A stretch of 48,074 nucleotides of DNA. Origin: Anaerolineae bacterium (GTDB lineage: Bacteria; Chloroflexota; Anaerolineae; S140-20). Made by a program: the position numbers and the translations under genes. The stretch covers positions 1 through 48,074 of the forward strand of contig JALUTT010000055.1 of the NCBI GenBank assembly GCA_027021705.1, given 5' to 3'. Positions 39,012 through 48,074 of this stretch are shown here, piece after piece. The notes under the pieces were generated by a model that made no database searches, was not told the origin of the DNA, and worked only from the letters and a program-made list of their open reading frames with translations. Every line of letters begins with the position of its first letter. Position 1 is the first letter of the stretch.

Positions 39012-40253
39012 ATGCAAGGGATTCCGTGGCGGCGCAACCTCATCCTGTTGGTCGTCGTGCAATTGCTCTCCACCGCCGGCTTCAGCCTCGTCTTCCCCTT
39101 CCTCCCCCTCTACTTCCGACAACTGGGCGTCGCCTCCTCCGGCCCCGTCGAGTTCTGGGCCGGCGTCGTCTTCTCCTCCCAAGCCGTGGTGATGATGATC
39201 GCCGCCCCTATCTGGGGAGCCCTTGCCGACCGCTACGGACGCAAGCTGATGATCGTGCGGGCCACCCTGGGCAGCGCCCTCCTCCTGGCCCTGATGGGAT
39301 TCGCCCGCAACGTGGAGCAACTGGTCCTCCTGCGCACCCTCCAGGGCGCGGTCACCGGCGTCATCCCCGCCACCAGCGCCCTGGTTGCCGCCTCGACGCC
39401 CCGGGAGAAAACGGGGATGGCCTTGGGATTGTTGCAGATGGGCCGCTGGCTGGGCGTCGCCGTTGGCCCCCTCATCGGCGGGCTCATCGGCGACACCCTC
39501 GGCTTCCGGGCGAGTTTCTGGGTGACCAGCGGGATGCTGGGGCTGGCGGGGATGGGCACCCTCTTGGGGGTGCAGGAGGTCTTCTCCCCGGGCGAGGCGG
39601 CCCGCCGGCCCCCCATCTGGGAGGCCTATCGAGCCCTCGTCGTGGCTCCGGGGATGAGCCGGCTCTACACCATCGTCTTCTTTCGGGAGCTGGTCCGTAC
39701 CCTCGTCTTCCCTTTCGTCTCCCTCTTCGTCGCCGAGCTCCACGGCTCGGAAGCGGGAGCTGCCTCCCTCACGGGGCTCCTGGTAGGCAGTACGGCCATC
39801 ACCGGGGCGCTGAGTGCCTTCGGGTTGGGACGCCTGGGCGACCGGCGAGGGCACGACCGCGTTCTCCTCGCCTCGGCCGTCGCCGCCGTCCTCTTCTACC
39901 TGCCCCAGCCCTTCGTCGCTGCGGTAGGCCCGCTGATCGCCTTTCAGGTCGCCGCCAGTGGGGCTGCCGGGGGGATGATCGCCTCCGTCGCCGCGCTGAT
40001 GAGCCTGCAAGCTCCCGACCAGAGCCAGGGGAGCGTCTACGGGCTGGAGAACGGGATCACCTCGGCGGCTCGGATCCTGGCGCCGATGATGGGTGCAGCG
40101 CTAGCGATCCGGTTCGGGCTGCGGACCATCTTCGGCGGCGCGGCCGTCCTCTACGCCCTCGTGGTGCTGTTGAGCTGGCTTCCCTGGCCCTCGCCGGACT
40201 CCGGAGACTATGCCTCTGCATCCTCGGCAGCCTCGGCCGCCGAGCGCCCGTAG
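39012..40253 (+). CDS. MFS transporter (MdtG/DHA1-like)
   Basis: WRRNL, PFLPLY, WGALADRYGRK motif A, about 12 TMs. Confidence 0.9.
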   Translation: MQGIPWRRNLILLVVVQLLSTAGFSLVFPFLPLYFRQLGVASSGPVEFWAGVVFSSQAVVMMIAAPIWGALADRYGRKLMIVRATLGSALLLALMGFARNVEQLVLLRTLQGAVTGVIPATSALVAASTPREKTGMALGLLQMGRWLGVAVGPLIGGLIGDTLGFRASFWVTSGMLGLAGMGTLLGVQEVFSPGEAARRPPIWEAYRALVVAPGMSRLYTIVFFRELVRTLVFPFVSLFVAELHGSEAGAASLTGLLVGSTAITGALSAFGLGRLGDRRGHDRVLLASAVAAVLFYLPQPFVAAVGPLIAFQVAASGAAGGMIASVAALMSLQAPDQSQGSVYGLENGITSAARILAPMMGAALAIRFGLRTIFGGAAVLYALVVLLSWLPWPSPDSGDYASASSAASAAERP

Positions 40254-41287
40254 GTCTCCAACTGGTCCCGCACCTTGGCGATCTCGGTGTGGGGGGCGTA
40301 GATGCGCCGCGTCGTCGAGATGTCGGCGTGGCCCAGGTAGGTCTGCAGCACGTCCAGGTCCATCCCCTCGTGGAGCAGTTGCTGGGCCCGGTAGTGGCGG
40401 AAGTCGTGGGGCGAGGTGCCCTGGTAGAGCCCCAGGGCTTTGGCCGCGTCCTTGACGATGCGCCACAGGGTCCAGCGGCTCAGGGGCTTTCCCGCACCGC
40501 GACCGTGGGAGATGAAGAGGGCCGGGTGGTTGTCCTCCCGCTCCCGCAGGTAGTCGGCGATGGCCCGCTGGGCCTCCGGCGTCAGGAGGATGATGCGCTC
40601 CTTGCCCCCTTTGCCCTCGATGCGCACTTCCCGCTTGCGCCCGTCCAGGACCATCTCCCGGGTGAGAGAGGCGACCTCGCTGACCCGGCCGGCCGAGGCG
40701 TAGAGGGTGTGCACCACCGCCCTCGCCCGCAGAATCTTGAGGCGTTGCAATTTGTTTTGCCTAGTCGTGGGCTCCGGCAGGGGCAGGCTGTCGTAGTAGG
40801 TGACGATACGGGGCAGCCCTGGGTCGGGATCGTGGGCGGTGGCTCGGGGGCCACGGAAGCGCCCTCGGGCGGCGCGGAGGCGGTTCTGAGCCTTGCCCAG
40901 GTGGAAGCCGGGGGCCAGACGGTCGTGGGCGTCCAGCCAGACCAGAAAGCGCTGGACACCGGCCAGGTAGGTCTGGATGGTGGCGGGGCTGTAGCGGCGC
41001 TTCTGGACCATCCACTCGTGGAAGGCGACCAAGAGATCGTCGCGGAAGCCGGTGACGGGGATGGGGTGGGGTAGGGGGGCAGGAAGGTAACCGGTTTCGG
41101 CGATGAACTCGGCCAGCCGCTTGAGGGCGTGGCGGTAGGTCTCCACTGTCTGCTGCCGGCCGGTCAGCGTCTCCAGGAAGGCGTTGGCGTATTCCACCTC
41201 CGGGGTGGGGGCGTCCCGGCCTTGCCGTCCCGTTCCCTCGCCGACCTGTTGTCCTTCTGACTCCGTCGGTGCTCTCTGCTGGCCCAT
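40208..41287 (-). CDS. tyrosine recombinase (XerC/XerD-like)
   Basis: LYASAGRVSE (R), GKGGKER (K), HDFRH (HxxR), LGHADISTTRRIY (H, Y). Confidence 0.9.
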   Translation of the reverse strand: MGQQRAPTESEGQQVGEGTGRQGRDAPTPEVEYANAFLETLTGRQQTVETYRHALKRLAEFIAETGYLPAPLPHPIPVTGFRDDLLVAFHEWMVQKRRYSPATIQTYLAGVQRFLVWLDAHDRLAPGFHLGKAQNRLRAARGRFRGPRATAHDPDPGLPRIVTYYDSLPLPEPTTRQNKLQRLKILRARAVVHTLYASAGRVSEVASLTREMVLDGRKREVRIEGKGGKERIILLTPEAQRAIADYLREREDNHPALFISHGRGAGKPLSRWTLWRIVKDAAKALGLYQGTSPHDFRHYRAQQLLHEGMDLDVLQTYLGHADISTTRRIYAPHTEIAKVRDQLETYGRSAAEAAEDAEA

Positions 41288-41390
41288 CGCACGCTCCTCG
41301 TTGCCTCGCTGGCTCGCTGCCTCGCCGACTCGTTGCCTCGCCGACTCGTTGACTCGCTGACCCGCTGACTCGTTTCGTCGCTTCGCGGTT

Positions 41391-41418
41391 TTCCAACATA
41401 AGGTGCATTATGTTGCAT
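41391..41418. other. dif-like Xer recombination site
   Basis: TTCCAACATAA-GGTGCA-TTATGTTGCAT: 11-6-11 layout with the canonical CATAA-N6-TTATGTT core, about 100 bp upstream of the recombinase. Confidence 0.7.
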
Positions 41419-41621
41419 TACACACAGACCCTATGATACCACAAAAGAGGGAAAGAGGCAAAGCGGGCTGAGAGGTGGTGATGAGGCAATGAGTGATGAG
41501 TGATGAGTGATGGGGCAACAAGGCGATGGGGATTTGGGTGGGCGGCCTGCGAGTATCCGCGAGTGTGTGAGGGGCGGGCAGCAAGCAGCCTCTCTGCAGG
41601 AGGGTGTTTGCCTTATGGGAT

Positions 41622-41675
41622 CGCCGTCTTCCATCCGCTCAATCCGTTCTCAAATCCGCTGACAGCTATCCGCTC
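41622..41675 (+). repeat. family A dispersed repeat
   Basis: CCATCCGCTCAATCCGTTCTCAAATCCGCTGACAGCTATCCG, matching the core of 24209-24250. Confidence 0.85.
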
Positions 41676-41854
41676 CAAAACGGACTGTTATCGGCGGATA
41701 GGGAGAGCGGGTTGTGTAGAGGTTGGTCCGGCATCGGGCCGGGGCCGAGGGTCTGTGCGACGGTTTGTGACTATGCGAAATACACCTACCCTCCGAGACA
41801 GAGGAGATGCCCTCCGGCATCGCGCCCCACCTCCTCCCAAGCAGAAGCCCATCT

Positions 41855-42014
41855 GGTGATTACCCGGCCCGAACCTGGAACGGGCTGAGAGCTATCCCTA
41901 CCACAGGCTGCCTCATCGCCCCCGGATAAGGGGCAGCCACCAATGCCACCCCCCACTTCGCCCTCGCTGCCGGGCGCTAAGCCGCCCGGCAGCCGGCACT
42001 TGTAGGTAACCCCC
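41855..42014. mobile_element. degenerate MITE copy (12665 family)
   Basis: GGTGATTACCC start, GCCCGAACCTGGAA..CGGGCTGA, GCCGGGCG-N6-CGCCCGGC hairpin, ACTTGTAGGTAACCCCC end. Confidence 0.6.
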
Positions 42015-42158
42015 AACTCTCCTCGCCTGCCCCCTTCCCTCCCTCAGCGCCGGAAGGGGGCACGAAGAGAGGGCAAAAAGGCCCTTCAGGCAGCCTTCTT
42101 CCCCCTGAGAGGCAGTCTCATTACGCCGCTTATGACTATGCGAAACAAGCTCCGTCCG

Positions 42159-42827
42159 TCACGAGTGCTCCGACCCCCGCAGGAGCCGCACGAGCCCCCA
42201 TCCCGCCACCCCAGCCCCGACCAGGATGACCACCCCGGCAAAAACGGCCGTCATAATGGACGTCGTGGTCAGCGCGTTCAGACAAGCCTTCCGATCACCA
42301 CCACAGATTACCTCGGCCTTCACCTCCGGTGGGGTCGTCAGGGCCGCCACGGTCCCCATCACCGTCACCTGGTCGCCCGGTGCGAACCCCTTCAACTGGG
42401 CACGGGAACCGACCCAGACCACTCGCTCATTGTACAAGACGGCCCGCCAGCTCTGCACCGTCACGCTTTGGCCGTTCAGCAGGAGCGGGAACGGCGGTTC
42501 AACCTCGGACTTCAACTGCCACGAATAGTACCGTTGTCGCTGCCCCCCGCTCTTGTACCGATACCGGACCTCCTTTTCCCAGTAGGTGTAGAGCACAAGC
42601 CCCTCCCGGGCGACCGGCGCATCGGACGAGATGGTGCCAGTGAGGGCTACGTCCCTCCCCTCACCCAGGGTTCTCAGATCGCCGGCCTCCTGCACGACGG
42701 GGGCCGCTTTCCAGCGCTTGAGGTCCTCCTGGCCGATCCGGCCCATCATCGCACAGACGAGACCGCCGCCGATGATGAGCAACCCCAGGATCACGCCGGC
42801 AATCCAGTTGAGCTTCTGTTCCCGCAT
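42159..42827 (-). CDS. two-TM membrane protein (weak GIDE-like pattern)
   Basis: AAGGAG RBS; N- and C-terminal TMs around a beta-rich domain (VALTGTI ... GDQVTVMGTV). Confidence 0.65.
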   Translation of the reverse strand: MREQKLNWIAGVILGLLIIGGGLVCAMMGRIGQEDLKRWKAAPVVQEAGDLRTLGEGRDVALTGTISSDAPVAREGLVLYTYWEKEVRYRYKSGGQRQRYYSWQLKSEVEPPFPLLLNGQSVTVQSWRAVLYNERVVWVGSRAQLKGFAPGDQVTVMGTVAALTTPPEVKAEVICGGDRKACLNALTTTSIMTAVFAGVVILVGAGVAGWGLVRLLRGSEHS

Positions 42828-42977
42828 CGCTCCTTCGCCTTTCTTGTCACTGAGGCACCGAGGCACTGAGGCACCGAGGCGCCGAGGACGGGAGAAGGGG
42901 AGGCTTCGCACCCGGCGGATGCCGGCCCCCGTCGGAGCTCGGCCCCCGCCGGAGCAGGAAGCCCCCCTCCCGAGTCG

Positions 42978-43397
42978 CTACTGGGAGACCAACAGCTCCC
43001 TCACCTTCTTGAGCTTGCCCAGGCGGATCCTCGGACAGGCCAGGGCGTAGTGGGTGCCGTCCCGAAGGACGAAGTGCACCGTCGGGATGAAGCCCCCCTC
43101 GATCTCCACCGCCTGGACCTCACTGCGGGGATACTGGATGAGTAACCGGTCCAGCGACGGCCTGAAAAACCCCCGCTTCATCGCGAAGAAGCCCACTTTG
43201 GTCGGGCCGACGGCCACGTAGTGGATTCCCGGATGGTCCCCGGGGAGGGAGGCCGGTTTGGCCGCTGCTTCGGCCAGAAGCCCTCCCACAATGCCTCCCA
43301 CGCCGGAGCCGATGGCCTTGAGGAGCGACGACTTGGCCTCCAGGATCACCCCGGCGATCACAGGCTCCCCCAACAGCTCGCTGGCTTTCTTGTTCAT
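42978..43397 (-). CDS. hypothetical protein (Gly-zipper plus possible PH-like domain)
   Basis: GGAGG RBS, GSGVGGIVGGLL segment, co-oriented in the operon. Confidence 0.65.
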   Translation of the reverse strand: MNKKASELLGEPVIAGVILEAKSSLLKAIGSGVGGIVGGLLAEAAAKPASLPGDHPGIHYVAVGPTKVGFFAMKRGFFRPSLDRLLIQYPRSEVQAVEIEGGFIPTVHFVLRDGTHYALACPRIRLGKLKKVRELLVSQ

Positions 43398-43428
43398 TGT
43401 ACTTCCCTCCCCTCAGATGAGCAACCTC

Positions 43429-44985
43429 TCACTTGAACTCGAAGGCGGTGATGTAGGTGAAGTAGGATGACTGGTCGGCGACGAAGACGCGGGAGCCGTC
43501 GGCCAGGACCGCCGCACCGGTGGGCCGGTAGAAGCCGCCCTCCGGCCAGGGATGCTCACCACCTTCCACAGGGACGCCGAACTGAGCCAGCAGGTTGCCC
43601 ATCGGGTCCAGCTTCATCACCCCTGCCGGATACCCGACCGCCAGGTACATGTTCCCCTCGGCGTCGAAGTCCAGGCTCGTGGGGGAAGCCCCGGCCAAGG
43701 CGCTTCCGGCCAGCCTCCCCAGGAGATTGCCCTCGGGATCGAACTTCATGATCTCACCGGCCATCCAGCCGACCACGTAGAGATTGCCGTCCGGCCCCAC
43801 GTCCATCGCCGTCGCGCCGAAGAAGGCCCCGGGGATGGGGAACGCCCCCACGAAGGTGCCATCGGCGCCGAACTTCTGGACGCGCACGAGCTTATCGCCC
43901 GCCTCGTCCTCGTTCTCATCCAGCACGTACACCGAGCCGTCAGGGCCTACGGCCAGGGCCTGCGGGCTGAACTCGCCGAACTGCCCATCGCCAGTGCCGG
44001 CCTCCCCCCAGCGGGTGACCAGCGCCCCACCAGGGGTGAAGACGAAGACTTGGTTGTTCCCCCAGGCCGCCACGTAGACGTTGCCATCCGGCCCGATCTT
44101 CACGTCGGTGGGGTTGTTCAGGTCATCGTGGATGATCCGGTTGACCTGATTCCCCTCGGCGTCGAAGACCCAGATGCCCTCGAGGGCGTCTGTGACGTAG
44201 ACCAGGTTGTCGGCGCTGGTGTCCATCTTCCCCAGGTTCGTGAACTGGTCCGAGGAGATCCCCCCTTCCCCCTCGCCACCCAGCCGCCAGACGAAGCCCT
44301 CCGGCGGCGGGAAGGGGGTCGGCGTGGCCGTCGGCTCGATCACCGGTCGCTTCGCCACCCCTTCTCCCGGCAGACCAACCAACTCGACGGCGTCAATCTC
44401 GTTCCACCCCAGCCCTAACGCCGACTGATCCACCGTGATGCGGACGCCCTGCACCAAGAAGTCGGTCTGGTCCAGCGGGATGGAGAGGGTGTAGGGGCAG
44501 GGCTTTTCCACCAGGTGGGGCTCCTGGGTGTAGACGGTGACGAAGTTGCCGTCCTGGTCCACCAGGTCCACCTGCACCACCTGATCGGCGTTGTAGTTCT
44601 GGACGATGTTGACCTCGGTGGCGTAGACGAGGGTGTCGTAGTAGACGATGAGCCACTCCACCGTATCGCCCCGCTCCGAAGCCCAGGCTGCGTCGGAGTC
44701 GCCACACGCCTCGGTATCGGGCTCTCCGACGGCTTGGAGGGCCGACCAACTGGGATCCCCGTACTGAGAGCTGGCGATGGCGTCGCCGGCCCACTGCCGG
44801 AGGTACGGGATGGGCGTCTCGGTCGGCGTGGGAGACGGCCTGGGGGTGGGCGTAGGCGACGGGATCGGTGTGGCCGTAGGCGGTGGCGACGTGGGCGTGG
44901 GCGTCGGCGCAGCCCCTCCACACGCGCCGATGGACAACGACAACGCGACCAACAACCCCAGCACGATACCCTTTTTTGCACTCAT
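43429..44985 (-). CDS. lipoprotein with galactose-binding/discoidin-like domain and NHL beta-propeller
   Basis: IGAC lipobox, PT linker, RQWA..ASSQY...WNEIDAVELVG domain, repeated P..AVGPDGNVYV NHL units. Confidence 0.8.
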   Translation of the reverse strand: MSAKKGIVLGLLVALSLSIGACGGAAPTPTPTSPPPTATPIPSPTPTPRPSPTPTETPIPYLRQWAGDAIASSQYGDPSWSALQAVGEPDTEACGDSDAAWASERGDTVEWLIVYYDTLVYATEVNIVQNYNADQVVQVDLVDQDGNFVTVYTQEPHLVEKPCPYTLSIPLDQTDFLVQGVRITVDQSALGLGWNEIDAVELVGLPGEGVAKRPVIEPTATPTPFPPPEGFVWRLGGEGEGGISSDQFTNLGKMDTSADNLVYVTDALEGIWVFDAEGNQVNRIIHDDLNNPTDVKIGPDGNVYVAAWGNNQVFVFTPGGALVTRWGEAGTGDGQFGEFSPQALAVGPDGSVYVLDENEDEAGDKLVRVQKFGADGTFVGAFPIPGAFFGATAMDVGPDGNLYVVGWMAGEIMKFDPEGNLLGRLAGSALAGASPTSLDFDAEGNMYLAVGYPAGVMKLDPMGNLLAQFGVPVEGGEHPWPEGGFYRPTGAAVLADGSRVFVADQSSYFTYITAFEFK

Positions 44986-45041
44986 ACTCCAACTCCTCCG
45001 CGTATTCTTTCTGGGTTGTGACTATGCGAAGAAACATCCCC

Positions 45042-46655
45042 TCAAGGAACGACCAGGCTCTTCACCATCGCCTCGAAGATCGGGCGAACCTCCCCCCACG
45101 TCCCCGGCGGTGCCATCCCGGTGAAGGTGAACCCCCAATCCCCCGCCAGGACGAAGGCCAGACTCCCCTCGAAGGGCACGTCCTGGAGGGTGCCGGAGAT
45201 CTCCACGATGCCGGCCGAATGGCCCCCTACCTCGAAGAAGGCCATCTCACCGGCCTCCGCGCCGAAGTGCCCGATCCCCCCCTGCAACGCCCCCTCGACG
45301 CTGGTGATCTCGCCGATCCCCAACCCCTCGGCCAACTCGTCCAGAGGGCCGGCCCGCAGGACGATGAGCGGCGCTTCCTGAACGGCCACGCTCATATCCT
45401 CTTTCCGACGGACGAAGGCGATCTGGTTCTCCTTCAGCTCGACGTAGGTCCAGCCTTCGGGATAGCCCAGACGGTAGCCGGCCGGGGCCTGGTACTCGGC
45501 CCCCAGCGCCGTCCCCGCTTCTCCGCCGAGTTCGGCGATCCACTGCTCCACCTGAGCCCGGTTGGGGGCGTCGGGCCGCAGACGCAGATAGGTCTGGAAC
45601 TCGGCGACCGCTTCCGCCGCCCGCCCCAGGTTGGCGTAAGCCACCCCCAGGTTGTAGTGGGCGAAGGCGTGATCGGGATTGATCTGAAGCGCCCGCTGCC
45701 ATTCGGCGATGGCCTCGTCCAGTCGGTTCTGCTTGGCATAGGAGATGCCCAAATCCACGTGAACCTCGACGTTGTCGGGGTCCACGCGCAGGGCCTCCTG
45801 ATACTCGGCGATGGCCTCCTCCTCGCGCCCCATCTCGGCGTAGGCCAGCCCCAACTCACGGTGGGCAGGGGCGTAGTCGGGGTTGAGCCGGATCGCTTCC
45901 TGCAGCTCGGCGATGGCCTCCTCCGTCTGGCCCAGGTCGTTGTAGGCCACCCCCAGGTTGTAGTGGGCGAGGTAGTGATCGGGGTTGAGCCGGATCGCCT
46001 CCTGCCATTCGGCGATGGCCTCCTCCGTCCGGCCCAGGTTGGCGTAAGCGGTGCCCAGGTTGGCGTGGACGTTGGCATCCTCCGGTGCCAGTTCCAGGGC
46101 CTTCTCCAGCTCGGCGAGGGCTTCTTCGTATTGCCCTTGATCAAGGAGCGCAACCCCTCGCTCGAGGAGCTCCTGGGCCGAAGGCGTTGGAGTGGCCGGA
46201 GGCGAAGTCGGCTCCTCGGCGACGGGCGTGGATACGCCGGGGGAGCCGGCGGCATCCGCCATCCAGGAGAAGGTGCTGCTCATACTGCTTCCCTTCTTGG
46301 AGAAGGACCCAGAGCACTCGATGGACCGATGGCCCTCGGCATCACCCAGCGACTCCCCATCCACCAGCACCTCGCAGGTGACGGTGCCGCTGCCCGACGG
46401 GTTGACGGCAACGACCCGGAAGGAGAAGCTGCTCCCCACCGCGATCGTCGCCTCCCAGGGAAGGCTGACCGTGTCCTTCCCAACGCTGCCATCGGCCTTG
46501 GTGTATTCGACGTCGGCCTTGGACGCGGTACCGCCGACCCGGTAGGTGAGCTCCGTGCGGCCTCCGCCGCAGCCGGCCAGGATCAGCACCACGACCAGGG
46601 CGAACAACCCAACAACGATCCTCAGAGATTTCCCCCCACTCCGCAGCGCTTCCAT
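45042..46655 (-). CDS. lipoprotein with MmpS-like domain, TPR array and C-terminal PsbP-like domain
   Basis: LAGC lipobox; TYRVGG...VSLPW...TVTCEVLVDG..C; about six AHYNLG.AY..LG..EEAI TPRs; YRLGYPEGW. Confidence 0.8.
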   Translation of the reverse strand: MEALRSGGKSLRIVVGLFALVVVLILAGCGGGRTELTYRVGGTASKADVEYTKADGSVGKDTVSLPWEATIAVGSSFSFRVVAVNPSGSGTVTCEVLVDGESLGDAEGHRSIECSGSFSKKGSSMSSTFSWMADAAGSPGVSTPVAEEPTSPPATPTPSAQELLERGVALLDQGQYEEALAELEKALELAPEDANVHANLGTAYANLGRTEEAIAEWQEAIRLNPDHYLAHYNLGVAYNDLGQTEEAIAELQEAIRLNPDYAPAHRELGLAYAEMGREEEAIAEYQEALRVDPDNVEVHVDLGISYAKQNRLDEAIAEWQRALQINPDHAFAHYNLGVAYANLGRAAEAVAEFQTYLRLRPDAPNRAQVEQWIAELGGEAGTALGAEYQAPAGYRLGYPEGWTYVELKENQIAFVRRKEDMSVAVQEAPLIVLRAGPLDELAEGLGIGEITSVEGALQGGIGHFGAEAGEMAFFEVGGHSAGIVEISGTLQDVPFEGSLAFVLAGDWGFTFTGMAPPGTWGEVRPIFEAMVKSLVVP

Positions 46656-46679
46656 CGTTCCTTCCTCCGGCGATCTCTG

Positions 46680-47282
46680 CTAGTGAATCTTGGCCTCCAG
46701 CTTGCGGGCGTAGCCCAGCGCCACGTCCTCGGCGGTTGACTCCTGGGGACCCATCACCATAAGCATCGCGATGACGTTGGCCTTGCGGAAGGTGATCACG
46801 TAGACGTTGAGGCTCAAGGTGGATTCACTGCCCCCGATCATCACCGCCTCATCGCCCACATTGGGGGGGCTCAGCGACTCCATCGTCGCGCTGGGCACCT
46901 GCTCCTGAAACGCCTTCGCCAGGTCCCGGATGGTCCCCCCGGCCATCTCCTCCTTGGCCGAATCCACGGACTCGGTCGTGAAGATGATGCTCACCACGAG
47001 GTCGCCAATCCGCTCCGTCTCAAAGGTGCGCATATTGGCGTCCCGGAGGTAAGGCGGGAGATCGGCCTCTTCCCCCTGCTTCATCGTTTCCATCGTCTCC
47101 TCGCCCGTCAGCGACCAATCGGAGCCCAAGTCGGCAGCCGAGAGGTTCATCGCTGCCGCGGCCGTCTCGATGATCGGCTCCGGGGTTGGCGTCGGCGTCG
47201 CCGGTTTCCCACCCCCGCAGGCGACGGTCGAGAAGAGCAAACAGACCACCAATAGGCTCAGAATCAGACGAGAGGGCTTCAT
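46680..47282 (-). CDS. hypothetical lipoprotein
   Basis: TVAC lipobox, AGGAGG RBS, PNVGDEA motif. Confidence 0.75.
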   Translation of the reverse strand: MKPSRLILSLLVVCLLFSTVACGGGKPATPTPTPEPIIETAAAAMNLSAADLGSDWSLTGEETMETMKQGEEADLPPYLRDANMRTFETERIGDLVVSIIFTTESVDSAKEEMAGGTIRDLAKAFQEQVPSATMESLSPPNVGDEAVMIGGSESTLSLNVYVITFRKANVIAMLMVMGPQESTAEDVALGYARKLEAKIH

Positions 47283-47284
47283 AG

Positions 47285-47554
47285 CTACACCTCCTGACCA
47301 CAACTACCGGACAAGTCCTTCCTACCGGGGCCTACACCCCCATCTGCTGCCCCCTGGTTTCCGGGCTCCAAGCTCCCCGTTTGGATTTGGATGAAGCGCA
47401 GCAGGTCTTCCAGCGATTGGAAGGCGACAGAGCGACCGCTGGTCACATGCTGCACGTATCCCCGCCAGAGAGGATGGCCACCGGGCCGCGTGAGGCCCGG
47501 CTCCCACCAAATGCGGACGATGAACGCATGGCGGTCACCGGAGGGAGAGGTCAT
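47285..47554 (-). CDS. small hypothetical protein heading the lipoprotein operon
   Basis: AFIVRIWWE...WRGYVQHVTSG....FQSLEDLLRFI, a pattern I recall from small Chloroflexota proteins. Confidence 0.65.
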   Translation of the reverse strand: MTSPSGDRHAFIVRIWWEPGLTRPGGHPLWRGYVQHVTSGRSVAFQSLEDLLRFIQIQTGSLEPGNQGAADGGVGPGRKDLSGSCGQEV

Positions 47555-47626
47555 CTACACACCCATCACCACAGGCCTCCTGGCAAGGGGGAACGACAGA
47601 CGGCGGTCGGCCTCCGTTACACTCGA

Positions 47627-47680
47627 AGTGTATCACAGGGGTATCGTAGGGGTATCGTAAAAGCGGGGAAACAAGCGGGG
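47627..47680. promoter_or_regulatory. phased direct repeats, candidate activator-binding site
   Basis: GTATC at 47630, 47641 and 47652 (exact 11-bp period; AGGGGTATCGT twice), then AAGCGGGG twice. Confidence 0.5.
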
Positions 47681-47716
47681 GGAAAAGAGCGGCAGGTCTA
47701 TTGATAGCTACCCGAT

Positions 47717-48074
47717 CCGGCCCCAGTCAGGGAAACACGAAGGACACCAAGAGCTCAAAGGACACAAAGCGGTACGAAAACTCGGATTTCGATAAGCCGC
47801 TTTTGCAGTCGTGCCCCCCCATCCGCCGACGGCCATCCGCTCCAAATCCGCTCAATCTGTTCCTGAATCCGCTGACAGCCATCCGCTCCAAATCCGCTCA
47901 ATCCGTTCCTGAATCCGCTGACAGCTATCCGCCGACAGTCATCCGCTCCAAATCCGCTCAATCCGTTCCCGAATCCGCTGACAGCTATCCGCTGACAGCC
48001 ATCCGCTCCGGCCCCGGTGGGGAACACGAAGGACACCAAGAGCTCAAAGGACACAAAGCGGTACGAAAACCCGG
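47717..48074. repeat. composite repeat cluster (family A plus ACACGAAGG unit), running off the window
   Basis: AACACGAAGGACACCAAGAGCTCAAAGGACACAAAGCGGTACGAAAAC twice, enclosing three ATCCGCTCCAAATCCGCTCAATC.GTTCC.GAATCCGCTGACAGC units. Confidence 0.85.

Noticed and set aside
40208..47554. Classical integron
   Set aside because: No evident IntI-specific insertion, no attC-like sites with GTTRRRY cores recognised, and the genes point toward rather than away from the recombinase
47717..48074. CRISPR array or the 99-aa ORF 47755-48054
   Set aside because: The inter-repeat sequence is itself repetitive and dispersed elsewhere; the ORF is translated repeat

Overview
High-GC bacterial chromosomal window. 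The gene families, lipoprotein style and intergenic repeats suggest Chloroflexota (Anaerolineae-like); this is an inference. It is mostly housekeeping: ABC-F ATPase, coaE, coaX, mutL, obgE, nadD, pcm, hpt, smpB, two S41 proteases, nifU-like plus sdhABCD, an amidohydrolase and an MFS transporter. These genes are mixed with secreted/lipoprotein genes and several families of intergenic palindromic or tandem repeats. The main observation is an apparently stand-alone, highly structured non-coding RNA of about 270-320 nt (ca. 26956-27280). It has its own sigma70-type promoter, a 12-bp 5'/3' closing helix, nested helices, UUCG and GNRA tetraloops, many unpaired GGA motifs and a strand-specific terminator, and it converges on an FHA / PD-(D/E)XK nuclease-like / HPRT operon. 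Other notable items: a 28-bp dif-like site directly upstream of a lone Xer-type recombinase; a pcm with a lipoprotein-like signal next to a membrane spermidine-synthase-like gene; a MITE family with terminal inverted repeats and target-site duplications; a dispersed 15-bp motif; and a lipoprotein operon preceded by direct repeats with 11-bp phasing. All calls come from reading the sequence and recognising motifs; no searches were run.
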